A stretch of DNA of 64,000 nucleotides from Camelus dromedarius (Eukaryota): NCBI RefSeq assembly GCF_036321535.1, contig NC_087436.1, positions 52,578,001-52,642,000 on the forward strand. The letters run 5' to 3'. Position numbers and translations under genes: made by a program. Position 1 is the first letter of the stretch. Every line of letters begins with the position of its first letter. Positions 28,848 through 39,239 of the stretch are shown here, piece by piece. Below the pieces are notes generated by a model. That model did not search any database, was not told where the DNA came from, and saw only the letters and a program-made list of their open reading frames with translations.

Positions 28848-29719
28848 TTGGCTGGTTAATTTTATGCAACAACTTGACTGGGCCACAGTGTGCCCAGATA
28901 TTTGGTTAAACATTATCTTAGTCCTTTGGGGCTGTTATAACAAAACAGCATAAACTGAGTGGCTTACAAACAACAGAAATGTATTTCTCACAATTCTGGA
29001 GGCTAGAAGTTCAAGGGCAAGACAGATTCAGTGTCTGTTGTGGGCCATGCCCTAGAAAGCTGTCTTTTTGCTGTTACCTCACATGGTGAAAGAAACAAAG
29101 GATCTTTCTAGGTCTCTTTAATAAGGGCACTAAACCCATCCATAAGGGCTCCATCCTCATGACCTAATCACCTTTCAAAGAGCCCCCTCCCCCAGCCACT
29201 TCCTACTGCTCTTACCTTGAGGTCTAGGATTTCAACGTATGAATTTTAGAGAAACATAAATATTCAGTCCATAAGAAACTTTACTTCTGAGTGTGTCTGG
29301 GAGGGTGTTTCTGGGTGAGATTAACATTTGAATTGGTAGACTGAGTAAAGCAGGTCACCGTCCCCAGTGCGGGTGGTATTCATTGAAGGCCTGAATAGAA
29401 TAAAAGGCTGATAAAGAAAGAATGTTTTCTGCTTGACAGTCTTTGAGCTGGGACATCCATCTGCTCTTCTGCCTTTAGATTCAGACTCAGATTGAAATTT
29501 ACACAATTGGTTCTCCCGGGTCTCCAGCTTCCTGGTTACAGATCGTGGACTTACTTCTCCACCTCCATAGCTGCATAAGGCAACTCCTTTGAGTTAAAAA
29601 TACATGTATATATAAAAATAATTTTTATATGTATATATATATATATATATATAAAAATAATTTTATATATGTATATATACATAATTTGTTCTGTTTCTCT
29701 AGAGAACCAGACTAGTTCA
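28848..29719 (+). mobile_element. ERV-L solo LTR (MLT2B/D-like), split by a nested MLT1A
   Basis: 5' part 'tggttaattttatgcaacaacttgactgggccac...tgcccagatatttggttaaacattat' resumes at ~29283 with 'ctgagtgtgtctgggagggtgtttctgggtgagattaacatttgaat' and ends 'tctgtttctctagagaacc'. Confidence 0.9.
28915..29277 (-). mobile_element. MaLR solo LTR (MLT1A-like) nested in MLT2
   Basis: 'tcttagtcc...gctgttataacaaaa...tttctcacaattctggaggctagaagttcaag...atattcagtccata'. Confidence 0.9.
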
Positions 29720-29729
29720 ATAGCTAACA

Positions 29730-30270
29730 AAAATAGAGCCCTTAATAAGTCCCCAGGCATTATATTAAGACCTTACGTTGAGTCCAATTAGCCTTGTAAA
29801 CACTTGTAAGGTAGATGCTTTTGTTATCTCCATTTTGAGGATTAATAGTAAATGAAGCTTAGAAAGTTCAGGTAGATTTCCTAATGTTGGCTAACTCTCA
29901 GAACCAATGGGGTATATTTATTTATTTTACAAACATTAATTTAGTATGTGTGCCAAGCATGGCTCTAAACATTATCCAAATACTACTCATTTAATCCTTC
30001 TAACAGCCCTGTGGGGCAGAGACAGAGAGGCTGAGTAGCTTACCATGAAAAGAGGAGAACCAGGATTCAAACCCAGATCACCTGGCTTCAGAGTTCTAAG
30101 CCTAACCACCATTTCAGTCATCAGAGGCCAGACTAGCCAACAATTTCAACCTTATGAATTGTCAGCTTTATGCCCTTGATAGAATCATTCAATCAGAATT
30201 AAACTCTGAGCCTAAATTTTCTAATCTAAAAATGCTGAGTACACAAGATACTGTAAAAATCAAATGTGCT
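29730..30270. mobile_element. Cluster of MIR fragments (two antisense, one sense)
   Basis: 'ttatctccattttgagg', 'ccaggattcaaacccag' and 'ctctgagcctaaattttctaatctaaaaatg' are MIR-like. Confidence 0.65.
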
Positions 30271-31479
30271 GATACAGATTTCACTATTATTTTAGAGGTC
30301 ACTGTGATCATGCTTAGTCCATCACTTTAACTATTATTGTTGTCACTAATGATTTATATTAATTATATCATTATCATTGATATAATCACCAATTTGATGA
30401 TTAACCCTCACACCTATGGGTGCTTCATTAAAAGCACTTCACCTTGATAGTATTTTTAAGAAGCTTTGTGTAAATGAAGCTTTATCACCTACTACTTATT
30501 TTGCTAGCTAGTCCTCAACAAGAATGAAGAGGGAGGGAAGGACAAAGGCATCAGGGTGAAGTGCCAAGAGACAAAGGGATGGCTTGGAAGTCCATTCTGA
30601 GTCACAGATCTCAAGAGAAAGGCCAATCATCCCAGATCACTGTTCTAGAGCCGAGGCCATTTCCTGCTATTCTGTCTTAATGTTTGGAACAACAAGTGCC
30701 AAAGGGAATCCCACTAGGTCCAGTGCCCTTTTCCAAATCCTTTCTTCCAGAATGGTACAATCCAAGTATAGTATCCAGGCAAGGATCTAAATAAAGTGAC
30801 CTTAAGTATATAAAACAAAATACTGAAAGTCACCACCAATTAAGTAATCAGGGAAGTAAAACCTTCTCATCTCACTTGCAGCAGCAGCGTACTTGGCCAC
30901 TTGATTGACTGACCTCTTACCTGGGTTTGTTCTTGACCATGGGACCTTTATCAGCTCTGCTTCCTGCTTCCCAACCCCTACACATCTAGGGAAACCCCAG
31001 GGTATTTTTCTAGCTAAAGTCAAAATCTCAGTTGGCTGCATGCAATGTTTTTTTTTCCTCATCAACTCCTACTCCAAAATGCTTTAATCCAAAAAGATGT
31101 GAGTTGTCATGGTGACTCTTACTGTAGTTGCTAGAAGCTTTTGTAAGATGCAGTCATCATCTTGTTTTATTTCAGCTTTAAAATTTCCAGCAACAAGAAA
31201 AAAATGAAGTTTCCTTTGTCAGAATAGGAAGTGAAGTGCTTAGCAAATTTGTAAGCAAATGAAAGCAATCTGGGGAGTGAGCACCATGGGACACTCACGA
31301 GCTCCCCAGGAAAGAGCCTGAATGCTGTCTGTAGGGTGAGGTACTTCTAAAGGAGAAGATACCAATGCAGAACACAGATTCTCTGTTCTTTTTAGCTTTA
31401 AATGATCAGTTTCCAGGGGCCTAAGTAAATAACTGAATAATTCAGCCAAAGGAAATCTCCAATATTAACCTGAAAGACC

Positions 31480-31678
31480 CAGGGTGGGCAAAACAGGACC
31501 CACAGGGCAAATAAGCCCTGCCACTGGTTTTTTTTTTTTTTTTTTAAAGTTTTATTGGAACATAACCGTGTCCATTCCTTTAGAAGGTGTCTCTGGGTGC
31601 TTTCACTCTACAGTGGAAGATTGTGTAGTTGCCGCAGAGACCATCTTGCCTTTTACAGAAATATTGGCCAGCGGGCTG
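31480..31678. mobile_element. hAT-Charlie MITE (MER58A-like)
   Basis: 'cagggtgggcaaa...gggcaaat...ctgcca...aaagttttattggaaca...gttgccgcagagacc...ccttttacagaaa' with terminal inverted repeat remnants. Confidence 0.85.
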
Positions 31679-31859
31679 CGAAGAGGCAAAAGGTTAAGGG
31701 AGAGAGGGGAACCAAGCACAATTTGGAATTCCACTTGAGTATCTCCTTTTTGTCCCTCAGTTTTTTCCTAACACATTATTTACATTCTAATGTAGAGCTC
31801 TAAACCATGGGAGAAAGTCTCTTTCCCTTGTTTCAGCTCAACTCCTCTGAGGAACAGTT

Positions 31860-32150
31860 GCGAACACAGCATTAGACCTGCAAGAGACTCACTGGAGAAA
31901 ATCCCCCGTGTGGGGCAAAGGGGAGGAGCCGGGGAACCTCCAGAGGGCGCTGCAGGTCCGACTCCTGCGGAAGGACCCGGGAAAGGAAGGAGGGCTGGGA
32001 GGAAGGGTCTAACGCAGCGGCCCAGCTCCAAAAGTTCTCAGGCAAGAGAGAGTCTGCAAGCTAGTCGTCTGTGAGTAGTCCTGCCCCTCACAGGCACGGC
32101 CCTGCCAAAAGCAGACCCTGCTCCAACACCAGGGAGGATTCGGGACCATT
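31860..32150. promoter_or_regulatory. Small GC/CpG-enriched patch, possible promoter or enhancer
   Basis: I count 12 CpGs in ~290 bp with G-rich boxes (ggggaggagccgggg) in an otherwise CpG-depleted window; donor-like GTGAGT at 32071. Confidence 0.35.
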
Positions 32151-32539
32151 CATCAGTTAGGGTTCCTACGTTAGATCCTCACCCTGTCCCATTCTATTAT
32201 TTCAAATGTATCATATTTCCAACCTGCCCACAATTGTTGAGAGGCCAATGTGCATACAGAGCACTACACATACAGAGCACTACACTGAGTTTTGTGATGG
32301 GGAGGAAGAAAAAGCATAAAAAACTCACTGAGTTCAAAGCAGGGGAAAGGTAACTTTGGAATTGCTGACAGACGGACAATGCAATGATCTCTTGACTTTT
32401 CCCTGCAACTGTTTGCTAGGTTCTCACAGCACCTGTAAACCTGACAAACTCCCTTCCCGACAGAGCCCTCTGACTCGATGGGCCACAGAATAAAGGCTCT
32501 GTATTGTGCTGGTTCTCTGATTGCTGTGCTCTGGGCTTC

Positions 32540-35290
32540 CTCCCCTCTGCTTTCTGCACACGCTGACCAAGGGGCGATGTGAGACACAGGAAGTGGGACA
32601 GATGTCAAACTTTCAAGTTCCCGACTCATCTCCCTGCTTTACAGTGGAAGCAGGCAGAGATGAGAACGGGATTTCAAAAAGATGAATCCCTATAGTATTA
32701 TTTCACAAAGCAAATGCTTGGCATCCTTAGTTTCGTTTCTTTCTTTCTCTGCCCAACCTCCTTTTGTTAAAATCTGACTGAAGAGTTGCTATGACCACCA
32801 ACTGAACACTGAAATGATACAGCCCAGAGTCACTGCAAGAGTGCCAAACAATTGTTAAATAAGTATGCTAATGGATTGGGGTTGATATTTATAATGTTAT
32901 TTTTGCTCTTTCTTGGAGCAACTTAAAAGGATGACCAGGAGTCTCAAGAACTTGTTAACTCTTGTTTGAAAAAGCAGAATTCTTCTAGAATGCACTTTAG
33001 TTTCAGAATTAAACAACATCTTTCTTCCAGGAAAATCAGCAAGTCAACCTTCTTTCATTGTTTTCTTGCTGATACCTTGGAGATCCCACCAACAGACCCA
33101 GATAATTGTTCATCTTGAACCTACGTCACCCTTCTCATGCCTGTGTTCCTCACTGCCATTTTACAGAGCCCTGTCACTCTTTGTCCTTCTGCCTCTAATT
33201 CTAATTGGAATTATGAAGAAAGTAGAGAAAAGGACAAAGAGCTTTCTGCTCCTTAAAACTTAAAAGCCTGGCCGCTTTCAAGGGCTCCTATCTCTGCTTC
33301 ATGATTTTCTTGCTTCAGCAACAACTTTCCTAATAGGTGGCTGATAGAAATTCTTACTAATTCTATAATAGAAAGAAAGAGATCCAAATGTCCAGACTCT
33401 AATTTATCAACCATTATACAAAAAGTAGTGACAACTACATTAAAGAGAATCATATCTGCAGATTTATTTTTGAGGTCAATCATTCATACCTTATGTAACA
33501 CCCAGAACTTACTGATGAGAGTAATTTTGTAAAAATGCATTCTTAAGTTGAGCCTCCCACAATCTCACCACCCACGGCACCCATCCCAGGAAAAGCAAGG
33601 GTGTGGAATTCAAATTTACTGAAGATAAATAAAACTGGAATAATTTTTAAAGGTCATAATTAAAATTAATAAGTGCTTACAGCTGTCAATATATGGAGAA
33701 CCCTCTCCTTAATTAATAGACTTGATGTTCTTTCTCTAGTTCTATTTCAGAACAATATACGTATCTGTGCCATAACATACATACAGATGTTACTATCAAT
33801 AAGTTACCGATTAAAGAGAAATCAACAGATATTTCCTAGTAGAAATTCTTCTGAGATAATTCTATCTCATTTGAGGCCAGTGGTTGCCAAAACTTTGAGA
33901 TGCTGCAAGCCCTTTTAATTATTTTTTTCTATGTGTTCTATATTTTGAAACAGTCTATGTATCAAATAACCATACTTAGTTAAATAGAAATTCATTTTTC
34001 CATTTCTATTCACCAAGGCATTTGGAAGCATTCATCAAGAGCTTCCCAACAGCTGGAGATAGTGAGCTCATCACCATGAGTTGATACAACTTCAGCTTGT
34101 AGCAAGAGACAAAGTTTTATCCAGCAGCTAGAGCAGCTTTATTGTCAGTAGGCTTATAGTTTCCATAAGGTTGTTTTAAAAAATAATGAACACCGCCTAC
34201 AGATCTCCGTTACTAACTTCATAAATCCTGAAGAACTCGGGACACTGTCAAGAAGCATTGCTCCAAGACACAGGAACTGTTTCTCAACCTTTTTCCCACT
34301 CCAATATCTAGGCGCCACAACCCACTCTTATAAGTAACTATTAATCACAGTGACAGATTATAGCCGTGCTGCCCATGGGCAAGAATGCACCAAAATCTTG
34401 GGGAGAAACGGTGCCTGTTGAGAGAAGAGAATGCATGAGTTGAAAAAGTGTCACAAGTGACTGATATAATCTTCACGTCACCTCCTTAGTTGAAAACGAC
34501 TGCTAGCAGTTATATAATTCCTGAATAGAAAGCGAGCCTATTTCTTCAGTTCTGAAAATAAAGCCCTCTCTATGAATCCTAGATGTAGCTAGATTACTAG
34601 GAAAATTCATGATTTGAAATATTTCTATTAGTTTTTCTGTATTTTGGAACAGTGAAGAAATTTCTTTTGTCACTTCTGAAGCCCAGTCAATCTGAGAAGA
34701 AAACAATGCTATTCCAGAATCCCTAGAGGCCGAGTTTATTGGGTAGAATATCTATCCCATTATAAGCACTCAAGTATTACTCTATACTCATTACAAATAC
34801 AGGAAAGGGGCTTTTGGGGACTGCAGTCAAATTTCACCACAAATTCCTTACCATTCTCCTTTCATTCCAGCTCCTGGGTGGCCTTTTGCTCTGGAAGAAG
34901 CTACTTGGAATTTCAGATGCAAAGACAAAGCAGCATCAGGACACATACTGAATGTAGGAGGCAAAGCTTACTGTCCCATCCCTGTGATTATGAAAAGTGC
35001 TTCCCACACTCCGATAGTTACCATTCCAAATGAAACAGTAAACCTCGATCCACCAGCCTATTTTGGAAATGGTAGTCTTGGATGTACATGAAGTTGATTT
35101 TGTTGAACTTTGATAATCTGCCAGTGTCTTCATCATATTTTCCAGGGAGCTTATTATTAGCTGTACTCAAAGTACATGGACACCTTGAATACATTAGAGT
35201 AATCCCCATAGCTTTATCTTTCAAAAGATTTTGAGCTAAAGCTTTGGCTAATTTTATTTTCCAGTGGAAGTCCAACCCTGCCAAGGAATC
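32540..35290 (+). pseudogene. Candidate heavily decayed foamy-virus-like env (unverified)
   Basis: Short motifs in the order of prototype foamy virus Env, recalled from memory (KRMTRSLK, PxARA, NLxxxxxLLRE, CxIP, LDVHEVD, LxYIRxIxI), with many stops and frameshifts. Each match is individually at chance level. Confidence 0.2.
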
Positions 35291-36521
35291 AAAATTGGAA
35301 GTATTCCCAAAACCAAGCCTATTTCTTTTCAATACGTTATCTTCCTCTGCAGAGTTTTGCCAAACATAAGAATTGTGCAAAATTTTAAGCTTGTTGCTTA
35401 TAAAATAAATTTCAGGTAGTCAGTAATTTGCATTCATAGGGATAAGAAGGATATAGCACAGAAGAAGCTAAAGACAAATAGAAGGTAGCATAAGCAAACT
35501 GATTTCCAAACTGAACAAGTAGGTAAATTTACATCTAAATAACAAAAGGGCCATTATTGAAATATTCTATATCCACTGGACTTTCTTTTTACACTGGAAT
35601 TCCCTGCATGGGCAACATAATTACACAGAAATGTGTTAGAATAATAGACTCCCCAAACAGTGTATATAGGCCACTGAAGCTTCGTTAATCTGAAAGTCTG
35701 AATTCACACATGAGGAAACTACTAAGACTCTGATGATTAAATGCCTATTTCAGGTTACACAATGGCAGATCCAGACCCTTTGGATTTCATTCTTTCCATT
35801 ACAATATCTAATTCCATATGAAGATCCAAAATGCATTTGATTTTTTTTATCAAAAAGGATAAGAGTAGAATTAGGAGTTTTAAACCTGGCCTGTGGAGAA
35901 CTGAAGAACATAGACAGTGAGGATAGAGGTGAGACCTATTTACTGTGTGTGCTGTGGTTGTGGGACTTGCCATCCTCCTTAGTCTGGGGGAAACTTCTTG
36001 AGCTAAAACTCATTAAAAGAAGTTATCAATTATTAGTTATCAATAAAAGACTGACCCCATGTGTTATGTTATTTTAACACTGGCTCCTCTGAGTCTGCCT
36101 TATGCTATTCCTCCACTTTGGAAAGACGGAATTGAGAAGACTTTACTTTAAAATCAGACATTTTTGATGCATATCAAGGTCTCTGTATGGTTACACTTTA
36201 GAGAGTCACTAAAATCTCACAAAGTTTATTTCATTTATTGACCTGTGACATAAACAAACAATTTGAATGTCAGGACAGTTGTGACAATTTGTGACAATTG
36301 ATCCTTCAATGAAAGGTGTTTCATTAAAATATATATATAAAAAAGTAAACCTCTCACACTCTTACAAGAGACTAGCACAGCTCTGCACTGAAATTGAATC
36401 TTATTAGAACATATTCTCTATATTTTCCCTGAGGATCCTAACAATAGTTTATTCACTATTAATATTCACAGACTCTGTGCCTCAACAATCTTAGATCCCT
36501 GTAATATTTAGTACAAAAATT

Positions 36522-37355
36522 TGTGTTAAAATGAACTGAATAGAATCCTTTTTATTTCTAAATGAACGTAAAGGACTGGACATAGATCAGAAGTGTGCAT
36601 TCCAATGCAGAAATTATTAGAAAAGTAAAACAAAGGGGGATCTATCCATTTGCAGCAACATGGGTGGAGACTGGAGATCGTCACTCTAAGTAAGCCAGAA
36701 AGAGAAAGAAAAATACCATATGATGTCACTTAGATGTGGAATCTAAAAAAAAAAAAAAAAAAAAAAAAGACACAATGAACTTATTTGCAAAACAAAGACA
36801 GACCCACAGACATAGAAAACAAACTATGGTTACCAGCGGGGAAAGAGGTTGGGAAGGGATAACTTGGGAGTTTGGGATATGCAGATACTAATTACTATAA
36901 ATAAAATAGATAAACAATAAGGTCCTACTGTATAGTACAGGGAACTATATTCAATACCTTGTAATGGCCTATAATAGAAAATAATATGAAAAGGAATATA
37001 TATATATAACTGAATCAGTATGCTGTACACCAGAAATTAACACAGTATTGTAAACTGACTATAGCTCAATTTAAAAAAAGGGGTGAGGGGATCTGTTGCT
37101 ATTTTCTGAAGACAGTGATGGCTCACATGGAAGAGAGTCAACTGCTCACTAAAAATTGCCAGAGCCCAGAGATGACATTGAGAAGTGGCTTCGCAGGCAC
37201 AGATTAAATTTCCCAACCTCCACTGCAGGTAGGTGAGAACATATTACTAATCATCCTTGGATTTCTCTATGTGTGAGAAATAACTTCTCTTGTGTTGGGC
37301 TACAGAATTTTTGTGCTTTTAATTCTTGCAGCAGCTACTCTGAAGTGAATGTAAC
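36522..37355 (+). mobile_element. Old MaLR LTR (MLT1J/K-like), split by an L1 insertion; 5' boundary uncertain
   Basis: 3' part 'tggatttctctatgtgtgagaaataacttctcttgtgtt...ttcttgcagcagc' is typical of MLT1 LTR ends. Confidence 0.6.
36644..37086 (+). mobile_element. 5'-truncated young L1 3' end (artiodactyl/camelid type)
   Basis: 'ccatttgcagcaacatgg...aaataccatatgat...tgtggaatctaaaa...cagacatagaaaacaaactatggttacc...ttgtaaactgactatagctcaat'; TSD ggggatct on both sides. Confidence 0.92.
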
Positions 37356-38706
37356 CACAAAATATCCCTGTGCCTACCAATTCTTTTTATGAAACTTTAC
37401 ACACAAACATTGTTTTCTCCTGGATACACTGAACTGGTAAGGTTAACAGCATGTCACTCAGGAGTTGCAACACTGCTTTTGAAGTCCTTTATTATGCAAC
37501 AGGATTTGCTGCTTTCCTAGCTGAATTCATTAACAAAGTGACTCTGCTGACTTTTTTGCTGGTGGCAGATCTTTGAAGTGCTTATTCAAATCTTTAGAAA
37601 AACATCATTATTTTTCTCTTCAATCAAGCACAGGTGGATATCTCCTCACTTTCCTCTCTTCCTCCTCTTTTCATTCTCTTTCTGTCACCCACTTCTACTT
37701 GGATTCTCTAAATACTTATAGAAAGAAATTTCTATCCAAAAAGCTTAATTTTAACTGGATTTTTTGTCATAATAAAATCATTATTTTCCCATGTCTGATG
37801 AATTATTGACAACTGAAGAAGTAGGTATTAGCTTGGATTTTATTTATGATTCTGTTGAATTCTCCACTGCATTTAAAACATGGGAAACACAGACCTGTCA
37901 ATGATATCACCTATTGGAAAATATTACTGTGGTGCTGATCTTTTAATGAGACAGTAAGTAGGCTGCCTTTGGAAACTGGAGTAACTCTTTGATGTTATAA
38001 AGATGTACAAATCAAATTTCCTTTGTACATATTCAGCACAAGTTCAGATTTATGCCTTTAATAAAGCACAGCAGTGATCTGGTTGCATATCTGAAAACTG
38101 ACAATGTGCAGTAGAATTTTCCCAGTGGGTGCTATTTGCCTGCAAGTCATAAGAGTAGAAGGCTGCATGGCCCCAACAGAGCAAAAACATTGTCTAAAAT
38201 CCTGCTGGGTAAGTCAACAGTGAGATGGACTTCTAATGAGGAACTAGGTAGTTAGAAATTCTGTAATCATTTAGTTATCATTTTCTCTGCAAACATTTGT
38301 TGTTGGCTAAGTGCTATCATGCTTCAAGAAATGATAATATCTTTACTATTTGAATGAGATCTGTCTCCCTTTATACTGTTGAATTCTATCTGGTAGAGTT
38401 CCCACCTAGCTCTTCTAATCAGTGAACTGTGCCTAGCACCTACAGCCACAGCACTGTTAGTGGGATGCAAGACCCCAAACTTCTCAAGGTAGATTATAAG
38501 AGCCTTTGTCATTTAGGTAAAGCTTGCTTTTCTCGTTCTATCTCTTATAACACATCCTTCCCCACCATCCGTCCACGTTAGCACACACACGTATGCACAC
38601 ACCTACTCTCCAACCACGTGAGCTGTTGGTACTTATTGTACATATTCTTATACACACTTTCTTTAGTTCTCAGGTTGAATATCCTTTCCTCCAGAAAGCC
38701 TTTTCT

Positions 38707-39131
38707 TGTAGGTCATTCTCTAGAAGAAGAATGACACAGAGATTACTCTGCCGGAAAATTTTTAGAGAGTACTCCAGAACAGTATCTGAGGGAAGAAAGG
38801 GAAGAAAACAATACTGGACAGGAGAGATACAGCTGTGATGAAATAGCAGCAGAAACCTGAGCTGACTCTAAGGGGAGTTTTGAAGCTGACCCTTGAGTGC
38901 TGTCCCATGTTGGGAAGGGAGGGTCAGGAAGTTACAGCCCAGGTCAGTCAGGCACTGGCTGCAGGTGCCCAGGGAAGGAAGCATCACCTTGCACAGGCAG
39001 CTCTCATCAATCAAGGCGGTAGATGCAGGGGGCCTGGAGGGGAAGGATTTCTGCCTGGAGGGCTCTCAGCAACTGGTGAGCTTATTCCTTTCTGAAGGGA
39101 GATCAGGGGGCACATCACAGCATTCACCACA
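38707..39131 (-). mobile_element. ERV-L solo LTR (LTR16-like)
   Basis: 'cagctgtgatgaaatagcagcaga...ctgagctgactc...gggagttttgaagctg...cacagcattcaccaca', followed by an ERV-L internal-like stub 'ccactcagatccacttc'. Confidence 0.7.
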
Positions 39132-39239
39132 GACCTCCTCTGGCTCCACTCAGATCCACTTCGTTGAATAAGATTCAAATACTTCATACCTAAATTCACA
39201 GGATGCAACTAAACCACCATGTAGAGAAAACTGTATAGT

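Noticed and set aside
30205..30275. EPKFSNLKMLSTQDTVKIKCAD resembles foamy Pol ELKFSMLEKLLTTMHKALIKAMD
   Set aside because: The DNA is a MIR core and the spacing to the putative RNase H motif is wrong. It matches about as well as my foamy motifs, showing that such by-eye hits can be pure chance.
32253..32284. Exact 16-nt tandem duplication catacagagcactaca
   Set aside because: Two units only; ordinary slippage duplication, not an array.
34650..35155. Minus-strand KLPGK, HPGAG...QS...LIxG and EISSLF resemble bornavirus nucleoprotein
   Set aside because: Spacing is inconsistent and the overall alignment is poor. It overlaps the foamy candidate on the opposite strand, so at least one reading is noise.
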